Below, in pieces: positions 10,293-19,185 of a DNA stretch of 64,000 nucleotides. A program made the position numbers and the translations under genes. The notes under the pieces are model-generated. The model worked only from the letters and a program-made list of their open reading frames with translations. It had not been told where the DNA came from and searched no databases. The stretch is from Candidatus Tenderia sp. GTDB lineage: Bacteria; Pseudomonadota; Gammaproteobacteria; Tenderiales; Tenderiaceae. The first letter of the stretch is position 1. Every line of letters begins with the position of its first letter. The stretch lies in contig JANOSY010000045.1 of the NCBI GenBank assembly GCA_031416075.1, positions 1 to 64,000 on the forward strand, given 5' to 3'.

Positions 10293-10949
10293 CTACTTAG
10301 TCAACTCAAAGGGCAGTGGATTGAAGTAACGGCGACCGCTGCCGGTGGCCACTATCTCCTCCAGCAGGGCGTTGTAGTCCAGCTCATTATCAACCGGGTT
10401 GAACTGGGCCGCATTCACAATCAACAAGGGGGTGGCGGTATATTGGTGAAAAAACCGCGTATAACTTTCGGCCAACCGCTTCAGGTAGTCGGCGCTGATC
10501 TGCTGTTCATAACTACGACTACGTTGCTGAATGCGCTCCAGCAGCACCGATACGGGTGCCTGCAGGTAGACCACCAGATCGGGGGCAGGGGCTGTCACCG
10601 AAAGGTGCTGGTAGACCTGTTCATAAAGACGCAGCTCATCATCGTCCAGCGTCAGCCGTGCAAACAGGCGATCCTTCTCCATTAAAAAATCGGAGACGAT
10701 AACGGGTTTGAACATATCCCCCTGACGCAGCGCCTGCAGCTGCTGCGCACGCTGAAACAGGAAAAAGAGCTGTGTTGGTAACGCCGCCGCCTTAGGATCT
10801 TTATAAAAGCGCTCAAGAAAAGGGTTCTCATCCACCTCTTCCAGCAGCAGCTCCGTACCAAAACTCTGCGCCAGACGTCGCGCCAGTGAGGTTTTACCCA
10901 CACCAATGGGGCCTTCAACCACTATGTAACCGGGATTTTCTTGGGTCAT
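10293..10949 (-). CDS. Deoxynucleoside kinase
   Basis: EGPIGVGKTS P-loop, NPFLERFY, PDLVVYL; usual position between folK and panB. Confidence 0.9.
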   Translation of the reverse strand: MTQENPGYIVVEGPIGVGKTSLARRLAQSFGTELLLEEVDENPFLERFYKDPKAAALPTQLFFLFQRAQQLQALRQGDMFKPVIVSDFLMEKDRLFARLTLDDDELRLYEQVYQHLSVTAPAPDLVVYLQAPVSVLLERIQQRSRSYEQQISADYLKRLAESYTRFFHQYTATPLLIVNAAQFNPVDNELDYNALLEEIVATGSGRRYFNPLPFELTK

Positions 10950-11012
10950 CCAGACTCTCTTTTATCGGAAATATCTATATTTTCTAGCCGTTACGTCCGG
11001 GGTTAATGCCCA

Positions 11013-11525
11013 TCACCCGCATCTACCCCTCGGGATAATAGTCAGTCCGGCGCGTGAACAGGCACTTACTATATCAGCCAACGCCCGATTGTCCGGTAGG
11101 CGTAAATCAGGGGCAATCTCAAACAGCGGGATCAATACAAAATTACGTTCACACAGACCAGGATGGGGTACCTGCAGATCACTGCTAACTACGGTTGCAT
11201 CCCCATACAACAGCAGGTCAAGATCCAGGGTGCGCGGCCCCCAACGCCGTTCACGATGGCGTTGGTGCTGCTGTTCCAGCTGCTGTAACTGTGCCAATAG
11301 CTGGTGTGGTGACAGTGTTGTCTCAATCAGGGCAACGGCGTTGACATAGTCCGGCTGGGCGGCCAGATCCCCTTCCGCCACCATCGGGGCACTGCGGTAG
11401 AGGCTGGAGGCCCGCATCTTCCGACTATGTGGCAACCCCGCCAGTTCAACCAAGGCACTCTCAACCTGTGCAACAGGCGATTGCAGATTGCTGCCCAACC
11501 CGATGTAGGCAGATACAGCCTCCAC
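11013..11525 (-). CDS. folK: HPPK (2-amino-4-hydroxy-6-hydroxymethyldihydropteridine diphosphokinase)
   Basis: GLGSNL, QPDYVNA, WGPRTLDLDLL, PHP...RNFVL.P. Confidence 0.96.
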   Translation of the reverse strand: MEAVSAYIGLGSNLQSPVAQVESALVELAGLPHSRKMRASSLYRSAPMVAEGDLAAQPDYVNAVALIETTLSPHQLLAQLQQLEQQHQRHRERRWGPRTLDLDLLLYGDATVVSSDLQVPHPGLCERNFVLIPLFEIAPDLRLPDNRALADIVSACSRAGLTIIPRGRCG

Positions 11526-11531
11526 CCTACC

Positions 11532-12839
11532 TCACTCCGCGCTCTTTTTACGCCGGGGTGGCCGCTTACGCCGCTTGGCACCACTACCCGCGGCGGCTGG
11601 CCCCAGCTGTTTTACCATCTCCTCACGTGCCGGTTCATCCGCCACCTGAAACTCAGTCCACCAGTCGCAAAGCTCCTGTTCAACCTCGCCTGACTCACCA
11701 CGCAGCAGCAGAAAGTCGTAGGCGGCACGGAAACGGGGGTGCTCCAGCAGCCGGAAGGCACGACGACCACTACGGCTACCAAGCCTTAGCTGCATCGACC
11801 AGATCTCTACCATGGGGGTACTGAAACGGCGGGGTAACGAGGTGTAGCGCAACTGCTCCTCAATCACCCCATTGGCAGCCTGATGCAGGGCTGGCAACTC
11901 ATCAACCCCCTGTTCCAGCAGTGGCCGCATGGCGATACGTACCGGCTCCCACAACAGTGCTGCGTAAAGAAACGCCGGGGTGACCGGCTTGCCAACGGCA
12001 ATACGGGCGTCGGTATTAGTTAATGCCCGCAATACCAGCTGATGTGGCATGCCATCTTCCTCCTCACCCAGACTGTCATCCGTCAACGGAAAGAGGAATT
12101 CAAACAGATAGTAATGGCGCAACAGCTCATAGGTCTGGACCGCCTGACCACTCATAAAGAGCTTGAGCACCTCATCAAAGAGACGTGCCGCAGGAATATC
12201 ATCCAGCAGATGGCCGTTGTCGTAGATAAACGCCTCGGAGGCGGCATCAATCTGGAAACCAATTTTGGCGGCAAACCGGACCGCCCGTAACATGCGCACC
12301 GGATCTTCGCGGTAGCGTTGTGCCGGATCGCCGATAATCCGCAATACACCCGCGGTAATATCGGCCATGCCGTTGACATAGTCGATCACCGAAAAATCCT
12401 GCACATTGTAGTAGAGGGCGTTAATGGTGAAGTCACGACGCCAGGCATCATCTTCGAGTGTGCCATAGACATTGTCACGGAGAATGCGCCCCCCCTCCTC
12501 GATCTCCATGCCCGGCCCCTCCTCCTCGTCCACCTGGGCACGACGGAAGGTTGCGACCTCAATCGTCTCGCGGCCAAACAGGATATGGGCCAGACGGAAA
12601 CGTCGCCCTATCAGACGGCAGTTACGGAACACATCACGTACCTGCTCCGGCGAGGCGTCAGTGGCAATATCAAAGTCCTTGGGCTCGCGTCCCAACAACA
12701 TATCGCGCACCCCCCCACCCACCAGATAGGCCTCATAGCCAGCACTATTCAGGCGGTACAGCACCTTCAGCGCGTTGTCACTGATATTGGCCCTTGAAAC
12801 CACATGTTCAGCACGAGGAATGATTTTTGGACTGCTAAT
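11532..12839 (-). CDS. pcnB: Poly(A) polymerase I (start proposed at ATT 12839; alternative TTG 12905)
   Basis: VGGGVRD..LG..PKDFD, PAP-specific LIGRRFRLAH, RRDFTINA, EDPVRMLRA, FRAAYDF. Confidence 0.93.
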   Translation of the reverse strand: MSSPKIIPRAEHVVSRANISDNALKVLYRLNSAGYEAYLVGGGVRDMLLGREPKDFDIATDASPEQVRDVFRNCRLIGRRFRLAHILFGRETIEVATFRRAQVDEEEGPGMEIEEGGRILRDNVYGTLEDDAWRRDFTINALYYNVQDFSVIDYVNGMADITAGVLRIIGDPAQRYREDPVRMLRAVRFAAKIGFQIDAASEAFIYDNGHLLDDIPAARLFDEVLKLFMSGQAVQTYELLRHYYLFEFLFPLTDDSLGEEEDGMPHQLVLRALTNTDARIAVGKPVTPAFLYAALLWEPVRIAMRPLLEQGVDELPALHQAANGVIEEQLRYTSLPRRFSTPMVEIWSMQLRLGSRSGRRAFRLLEHPRFRAAYDFLLLRGESGEVEQELCDWWTEFQVADEPAREEMVKQLGPAAAGSGAKRRKRPPRRKKSAE

Positions 12840-13168
12840 TGTTGGCCCCTTAATTACGTTATGGGATGCCCTATCAGGGCTGCCCCCACCTGATACACGG
12901 CACAAGGCGGGTTCAGAGGTGGAAACCGGGGAAGAAGGGTCGAAACTACCACCCCCGCTCCATACCCCATCCGTATATTCTAATGATTTAACTGTACATT
13001 TAAGAAAAATTTGCGCCTGATCATATCACAATCAAAGAATCCCAAAACCACCCTGCACATATCGCCAGATAAAAACCGAACAATGGCTTCAAACAGGCCC
13101 CAACCCCACCATTTCTGGCCTCCGATGATTCGGCATAAAACGTCTCGACCCAAACGGCAGCGCCCCTC

Positions 13169-13185
13169 TGCACAACAAGTGTGCA
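13169..13185. promoter_or_regulatory. NtrC-type enhancer binding site
   Basis: TGCAC-AACAAGT-GTGCA matches TGCAC-N7-GTGCA; lies ~85 bp upstream of a sigma54 motif. Confidence 0.7.
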
Positions 13186-13270
13186 AAACAGCACTACAAC
13201 GCCCCACAACCACCCACGCCCCTACCACCAAGCAAGGCTAACCCTATGAATCTCATCACAACACTTGCAC

Positions 13271-13286
13271 TGGCATAGCTCCTGCT
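13271..13286 (+). promoter_or_regulatory. Sigma54 (-24/-12) promoter of the porin gene
   Basis: TGGCAT-AGCTC-CTGCT versus consensus TGGCAC-N5-TTGCW. Confidence 0.7.
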
Positions 13287-13344
13287 ATGACAATAGGGGG
13301 CGACTCAAGTAGCGCGCTTAATAAAATTTTGTGGAGATGACTTT

Positions 13345-14355
13345 ATGATAAAAGCAAAAATGGTAACTGGCCTTGTCAGTTGTGCACTCTGTTTACCACT
13401 GGCCCAGGCGGGCGGTTTGAGCATAGCAGACGCTGATCTGACACTGGCCGGCGGCGTCAGTGCCGGCGTACTCTATTCAGACAATACCGGCGGCAGCAAC
13501 AATACTGAAACCTCTATTACTGACGTTCTACTGGAGCTATCCGCCCCAGCTGACAAAGGGCTGGGCTTTGTTGCCGCCTACGGCTCACTGCCACAAAACA
13601 GCATCGTCGACAACGTGCCTGCCGCACCCACCGGCTCCAGCAGCGACATGAAGCTGCAATACGGCTACCTGACCGTTAAACCGACCGACGCTGTCACTAT
13701 TGACGTCGGTGTGCTGGGCACCAAAATCGGCTACGAAGTTGCCAATACCTACGCCAACGCCCACGTCCTGCTTGGCGCCGTCTGGAACGCCCAGCCCGTC
13801 TATTACGATGGAATCCGTGCATCCTTTGCCGTGGGTGAAGGCAGTATGTTTGTTGAAGCTAACGAAGATACCGCCACCGGCGCAACCACTGGTTTTGTGG
13901 TTGGCGGCAGCACCAAGCTTGGGGCAGCCGATCTATCCGTCGCCTACTACAACGCCAACAAGGCGCGTGACATTATTGACATCATCGTCAGTGGTGAAAT
14001 CGCCGGTATCCCAGTGGCTGCCAATATCGATTTTCAAAAAATCGACAGCGAAGCGGCTGCACCGGGCATGGATGACAACGCCATGGGTATTGCCCTCTAC
14101 GCCGCACCAAGCCTGGGTGGCTACACAGTACCTGTCCGTTTTGAGTACCTGGACGACGGTAGCAGTGGGATATACGGTGGCATGAAGTCAGGCTACAGCA
14201 TCACCGTTACGCCTACCTACCACTACGGTAAAAACGCCTTTGTCCGTGCCGAACTTGCACTGGTCGCCAGCGACAATAAGATCTTTACCGATAAAAACAG
14301 TGTTGCACAGGACAGCAAAACCTCGGCAGCACTGCAGACCGGTTTCACGTTCTAA
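13345..14355 (+). CDS. Outer-membrane beta-barrel porin (putative OmpL/DUF1597-like)
   Basis: Signal peptide, T.IGYEV...Y.N motif, amphipathic strands, C-terminal Phe (GFTF); strong SD GGAGA. Confidence 0.7.
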   Translation: MIKAKMVTGLVSCALCLPLAQAGGLSIADADLTLAGGVSAGVLYSDNTGGSNNTETSITDVLLELSAPADKGLGFVAAYGSLPQNSIVDNVPAAPTGSSSDMKLQYGYLTVKPTDAVTIDVGVLGTKIGYEVANTYANAHVLLGAVWNAQPVYYDGIRASFAVGEGSMFVEANEDTATGATTGFVVGGSTKLGAADLSVAYYNANKARDIIDIIVSGEIAGIPVAANIDFQKIDSEAAAPGMDDNAMGIALYAAPSLGGYTVPVRFEYLDDGSSGIYGGMKSGYSITVTPTYHYGKNAFVRAELALVASDNKIFTDKNSVAQDSKTSAALQTGFTF

Positions 14356-14495
14356 CTACCTGACGTAGACACAGGGATGTGTCTTGTTAAACCCGAAATA
14401 GATCGTAACCATTTGATTATAAAAATCATTATCTCAAACATCTAAAGTCTCTGGCTGTTCCACCCGATACACCCTGTATCACAGGAGGAACCGTA

Positions 14496-14729
14496 ATGAG
14501 CACAATTTCTGCCATGAGCATCGGTATGCAAGGCATCCAAAAGGGGATGGATGGCCTGCGCCAAAACGCCCAGCAGATCGCCAGCAGCGTCACCAGTAAC
14601 AGCAGTGGTAACGACATTGCCGCACCACTCATCGATATGAACCTCAACAAACTGGAAGTCGAACTCTCTGCCAAAGTGGTCAAAAGCGCCTCTGACATGA
14701 TCGGCACCCTGCTCGACATTACCGCCTGA
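14496..14729 (+). CDS. Small protein resembling the terminal helices of flagellar basal-body rod proteins
   Basis: SD AGGAGG; ..SAKVVKSASDMIGTLLDITA resembles the rod/hook C-terminal helix. Confidence 0.65.
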   Translation: MSTISAMSIGMQGIQKGMDGLRQNAQQIASSVTSNSSGNDIAAPLIDMNLNKLEVELSAKVVKSASDMIGTLLDITA

Positions 14730-14765
14730 CAGCAGACACTAGCTACCCGCCAGACAGAGACTATC

Positions 14766-15356
14766 GTGCAGATCAGCAGCGCCTCCCCCACCTATCCTCT
14801 ACAACGCCCGGCAACCACGTCTGGGACTGCCATTGGTAAAGAGGGGGACAAGGTTTCAACAGGGAGCGCCCGCAACAACGGCACCAAACTCAGTGACGAA
14901 GAGCAGAAACAGCTCAGCCAGCTGCAAGCCCGTGATCGTGAAGTGCGCGCCCACGAGGCGGCCCACAAAGCCGCCGCCGGGCAGTACGCCACAGGGGCTG
15001 CCAGCTTTGAGTACCAGCGTGGGCCGGATGGCCGCCTTTACGCCAGTGGTGGCGAGGTCGGGATCGATACCAGCCCCATCGCAAACAATCCTGCAGCAAC
15101 CGTACAGAAAGCCAATCAGGTACGTGCAGCCGCGTTAGCACCCGCCCAACCCTCTGGGCAGGATATGGCCGTGGCCGCCGCGGCGGCCATGATGGCGGCC
15201 ACGGCCCGAAGCGAGATGCTGGCGCAACAACAGACACCTGCAACAGAACAGACAGAACAGGGCACCCCATCCCAGCAGGCCCTGCTCCAGCAGTATCAGT
15301 CGGTTGCCAATGCCTCCGACAACCCGCAGGCACCACTTATCCACCTCACCGCCTGA
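14766..15356 (+). CDS. SprA-related / CJM1_0395-family putative metalloprotease
   Basis: DREVRAHEAAH (HExxH), GPDGRLYASGGEV.ID, AALAPAQPS.QD. Confidence 0.8.
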   Translation: MQISSASPTYPLQRPATTSGTAIGKEGDKVSTGSARNNGTKLSDEEQKQLSQLQARDREVRAHEAAHKAAAGQYATGAASFEYQRGPDGRLYASGGEVGIDTSPIANNPAATVQKANQVRAAALAPAQPSGQDMAVAAAAAMMAATARSEMLAQQQTPATEQTEQGTPSQQALLQQYQSVANASDNPQAPLIHLTA

Positions 15357-15463
15357 CTACAGTACAGTGACATGGCACTCATATAGGTAAACCCGAAAAC
15401 ATAAAACAACACCCATGACACGTAGTTCAACGCTGCAATTACATTCAGCTCTGTTACAAAGCC

Positions 15464-15625
15464 AGGGAACCTCTAAATAACTCCTCCGTGCCCAAAGCAC
15501 TTCGTGGGGCAGCTTCTTCGTGGTGAGATTGTCGAACCATAAATGGAGGACACTTAACAATCAATATGTTACGTTTTCAGCCCTTCGACAGACTCAAGGC
15601 GAATGGGGTTATTCAACGGTTCCCT
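15464..15625. mobile_element. MITE-like non-autonomous element with IS5-like terminal inverted repeats and internal REP-like pair
   Basis: Left end AGGGAACCTCTAAATAACTCC; right end GGGGTTATTCAACGGTTCCCT (imperfect IR). Internal TTCGTGGTGAGATTGTCGAA / TTCGACAGACTCAAGGCGAA inverted pair around an IHF consensus. Confidence 0.6.
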
Positions 15626-15644
15626 AAGAAAGCTCTATCGACTT

Positions 15645-16844
15645 TTATGATGCCTGTTCAATGGAGCTTAATGCTCGTCTAAACATACCTGCCAGATTAT
15701 TAGGACTAACACTTGATACACGTATAGACCGGCAACCATTAAATTCAGCAAAGCGATACGCTGTTTTAGCAAAAAGAGGGATAAAATCATCCATGTCTAT
15801 TTTTTTAGACTCGATGTGCAAATTAATTAATTCAAACTCACCAATCTTACGATGTGCCTTGCAATCCACCCTGCCGACCAACCTGTCCTTATAGAGGATG
15901 GGTAAGCAGAAATAACCAAATCGACGCTTCTCTTTTGGTGCGTAACATTCAAGTCGGTAATCAAATTCAAATATCTTCTGCACCCTATCTCGATGAATGA
16001 TTGCATTATCAAAGGGGGATAAAAGCCGAACTGTTGCAGCCGGTTGTTTGATCTTTGTATCAAGAATAGTCTGAGTAATATAGATCGGTGGCATACCATC
16101 GATGGGGTGCTCAATCAGAGCCCCTTGCTCAATCTGCTGCTGTAAAACTGTTTTGAGCGTTTTTCGTAGGGTATCACCGGGTCTTAAATGTGTCAGTTGT
16201 TTGAGGGTGGTAAATCCATTTGCCCTAACCGATTGATTAATGAGGTATTCGGAAAACTCTAATAAAGATGGCTCACTGGTATTTATGTTATCGGGCAAGA
16301 CTCTTTCGCTCAGGTCATAGATTTTTTCCATGCCATCGCGACCCGTTATCATTAGATCACCTTGCATGAAGAGTTTTTCCAATGCGCGTTTGGTGGGCCG
16401 CCAATTCCACCATGTTGCATTACTTTTTGTGGCTGACTCAAAATGTCTCGCCTTGAGTGGTCCATCGATACCAATTCGGTCAAGAACATGACGCAAGTAT
16501 TTCGCCTCCACATTAATAGAATAGGGCGACTCTCCCCCCCTTATCGCTGACATCTGTGGCAAAACAAAACGGTAATCACTCATCGGCAGGTAAGAAGCGG
16601 CGTGAAACCAATATTCAAAAGCACTTCGCTCTCGCACTAACTGATGAAGGTGATCGGGTTGATAATCAGGGATACGGCTCCAAAGCGTATGGTGATGGGC
16701 ACGTTCAATAACTGAAAGTGTATCTATTTGAATGTACCCTAGATGCTCTAATGCACGTTTTGTTGCTTGGCTGCCCTTACCAAAAGGACGCATTGTGGTA
16801 AGACCCTGATGATGCAATGTAATAAGACGCAATCTTTGATGCAT
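15645..16844 (-). CDS. YcaQ/AlkZ-family (HTH_42) interstrand-crosslink DNA glycosylase
   Basis: Catalytic QID motif (YIQIDT..V.ERAH), FEYW.HAA, LLSPFDN, YRLECY.P..KR.FGYF.LPIL; AT-richer than flanking genes. Confidence 0.88.
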   Translation of the reverse strand: MHQRLRLITLHHQGLTTMRPFGKGSQATKRALEHLGYIQIDTLSVIERAHHHTLWSRIPDYQPDHLHQLVRERSAFEYWFHAASYLPMSDYRFVLPQMSAIRGGESPYSINVEAKYLRHVLDRIGIDGPLKARHFESATKSNATWWNWRPTKRALEKLFMQGDLMITGRDGMEKIYDLSERVLPDNINTSEPSLLEFSEYLINQSVRANGFTTLKQLTHLRPGDTLRKTLKTVLQQQIEQGALIEHPIDGMPPIYITQTILDTKIKQPAATVRLLSPFDNAIIHRDRVQKIFEFDYRLECYAPKEKRRFGYFCLPILYKDRLVGRVDCKAHRKIGEFELINLHIESKKIDMDDFIPLFAKTAYRFAEFNGCRSIRVSSVSPNNLAGMFRRALSSIEQAS

Positions 16845-16930
16845 GGGATAACACTTTGCTCCATCATAACAATTCGTATTGACCTAACGACGGTGTAAAA
16901 AGACCCGAGTCTCACCCGTGTATTAGCGCC

Positions 16931-17533
16931 TCAACGCCTGCCGGCCTCACGCCACCACTCAGGCATGGCGTTGACCACCTCACCGCCCTGCTGAATGGCA
17001 TTGGCCCTGGCCAGCGCCTCCAACCCGCTGCCAACGTGTAGAACATGGGTTGCCGCAGCGCCATTCAAAACACTGATCTGCACCAGCTTCTGTTTGGCAA
17101 TCCAGGCTTGAACCTGCGCCGCACTCCATTCCGGCTGAAAACGAACCACAATATTGCCACTCAGCGCCAGACGTGAACCGCCTACAGAAGTGAGATGGAA
17201 GACGGGGGATAATACTCGCGTGGGTGCCAGTGCGCGGCTCACCGCTGTGGATTCACCAGCCCCGCTGTGCAAACGCCAGATACGCACACCGGGCAGTTCA
17301 ACCAATAGCGTGGCCGCCGGTATCGCCATATGTGCGGCCCGGGTTTGATTCGGTTGTACAAACTCCGCCACCTCTCGCCCATTGACCCACACCTCACGCC
17401 AGCGAGTACCATCAAAATAGCTGACCGACTCTGTCAACGTCTGGTTGCTCTCCCCCTGCACTCCGCCAGCCGCCCCAGCCTGACAGCCATACAAAACCAC
17501 GGCTAACGCCAACCCCGATAAAAGATATAACAT
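16931..17533 (-). CDS. Putative lipoprotein; candidate external chaperone/inhibitor of the adjacent S8 protease
   Basis: Lipobox LYG|C; starts 16 bp after the protease stop; C-terminal SPVF...LSGNIVVRF..W segment resembles a subtilase prodomain-like fold (inference). Confidence 0.55.
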   Translation of the reverse strand: MLYLLSGLALAVVLYGCQAGAAGGVQGESNQTLTESVSYFDGTRWREVWVNGREVAEFVQPNQTRAAHMAIPAATLLVELPGVRIWRLHSGAGESTAVSRALAPTRVLSPVFHLTSVGGSRLALSGNIVVRFQPEWSAAQVQAWIAKQKLVQISVLNGAAATHVLHVGSGLEALARANAIQQGGEVVNAMPEWWREAGRR

Positions 17534-17549
17534 TCTCACGCCCACCCCC

Positions 17550-19184
17550 TCACCGCTGCCGTCCATAGATACGCAAATTCCAGGAGATCAGGCTACCCAT
17601 GTTGTTTGCCCGTTGATCTACCACATTTAAACGCCAGCTGCCCTGTGCCGCCTCGCCCAGATGGCGGCTGCTGCCAAAGGTCCAGGGGGAGTAGTTGGTG
17701 GTGGGGCAGGTGTTGGTGAACGTCGTACATCTGTGCGCCTCTGCCAACACACTCTGGGTACCGCTGGGGGCCGTCAAGACGATGCTCAACTCACCAGGAT
17801 CACCGTGGACCAGATTCACATCGATCTCAACATATTCAATAATCAGGTTATTGGCCGCCGCCACAGTCACTGTCTGCTGTAGGCCCGCTGTACCACCATC
17901 AGGGATCGAGTCAGCCACCGCTACCGGAAACTCCCGCTGTAGCTGCCCCCCTACATTACTGCCCCAGCGCTTTGCCCTGGCTACTGCCGCCGCCGCATCC
18001 ACAACACCAAATCCATATTTATGGTTGATGTTGTACTGCGGCTCTCCGCTGGCGGGGGTGGTCACCCGCCAGTCGCTATCGCTGGCATCATTTTTACGTG
18101 CGCTCTCCGCCAGGATCAGGCGCACATCGCGCCACCCCAGGTTGGGGTTGGCCTCCAGCATTAATGCCACCACGCCCGAGACAATGGGCGTGGCCGCTGA
18201 GGTACCGGCAAACAGTTTGGTATAGTTGCGGTTGGTATAGTCATGCAGCACACCTGCGGTATTGTCACCACGCGTACCCATTAAATCGGTGGTAGTCAGA
18301 CCATTGCTATAACCGCCAGGCGCGCACAGCCAAAGGTTAGCCCCCTTTTCCGAATACACGGTTTTTACCCCATCACCATCCACGGCACAGACCGCGATCA
18401 CATGCCTGTTATTGGTGAGGTAATTATAGTTGCTGTTATCCACCCCAAACTCACCGCCGTTGCCCGCCGCCCAGACATAGATAGTCCCTTTGCCACCACG
18501 ACCATAGGTCACCCCATAGGCCACCCCCTCCTGCCACAGATTGTCCCCCGGATGTTCGGTGGTCCCATCACCACTGGCACCATACCCCCAGGAGTTATTG
18601 GAGATTGCTACCTCAGCCACATTGCGGGTCATGGCATCATGAATCTCGGCACTGTTAATCCCGCCGTTCCAGAGCAGGTTATACCCGGCCAGGCTAACAC
18701 CCGGTGCCACCCCCCGCCCACCCACGCTGTTCAAATCGCGGGCTGCGGCAATGCCCGCCACCTGGGTGCCGTGTGAACTATCAGACGACACAGGAGTGGG
18801 GTCAAAGTCCCTCTGCCGGTAGTCCCAGCTCATACGGAACGCAATATTCGCCGACAGATCCTCATGCCCAATCTCCAGTGCGTCATCGACTACCACCAAC
18901 AACATGCCACGCCCTTTAATGCCATCGTTCCAGACCGGCTCAACGTGAATATCCTCCCCCACCAGCAGTCCGGCAAATTGGGCACTGTTATATAGATGCC
19001 ACTGGTCACCATAGAGTGGATCGGGGCCAGTCTGCTGTGGTTGCGAGGATGGCGGGGGGACAATGGACGAGGGTGTACCACCGCCGCCGCCGCACCCTGA
19101 CAAAAAACCGAGAAACAGAAAAAGATAACAGCCTGTTTTGCATAGACTGCGTAACTGTTTAATAACGTTGCTCATAGCGCACAC
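17550..19184 (-). CDS. Kexin/furin-like S8 serine protease with P-domain, lipoprotein
   Basis: Lipobox LSG|C; triad VVDDALE / SHGTQVAG / FAGTSAATP; oxyanion AAGN; LGWRDV; YGFG.VDA; P-domain ending GSWRL.V.D...GSLISW.L.IYG. Confidence 0.92.
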   Translation of the reverse strand: MCAMSNVIKQLRSLCKTGCYLFLFLGFLSGCGGGGGTPSSIVPPPSSQPQQTGPDPLYGDQWHLYNSAQFAGLLVGEDIHVEPVWNDGIKGRGMLLVVVDDALEIGHEDLSANIAFRMSWDYRQRDFDPTPVSSDSSHGTQVAGIAAARDLNSVGGRGVAPGVSLAGYNLLWNGGINSAEIHDAMTRNVAEVAISNNSWGYGASGDGTTEHPGDNLWQEGVAYGVTYGRGGKGTIYVWAAGNGGEFGVDNSNYNYLTNNRHVIAVCAVDGDGVKTVYSEKGANLWLCAPGGYSNGLTTTDLMGTRGDNTAGVLHDYTNRNYTKLFAGTSAATPIVSGVVALMLEANPNLGWRDVRLILAESARKNDASDSDWRVTTPASGEPQYNINHKYGFGVVDAAAAVARAKRWGSNVGGQLQREFPVAVADSIPDGGTAGLQQTVTVAAANNLIIEYVEIDVNLVHGDPGELSIVLTAPSGTQSVLAEAHRCTTFTNTCPTTNYSPWTFGSSRHLGEAAQGSWRLNVVDQRANNMGSLISWNLRIYGRQR

Positions 19185-19185
19185 G

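Noticed and set aside
15410-16890. ycaQ as an integron cassette (GTTAGGT core ~40 bp upstream; CATAAAAGTCG at the stop)
   Set aside because: No intact RYYYAAC or palindromic attC can be reconstructed, and there is no integrase or second cassette.
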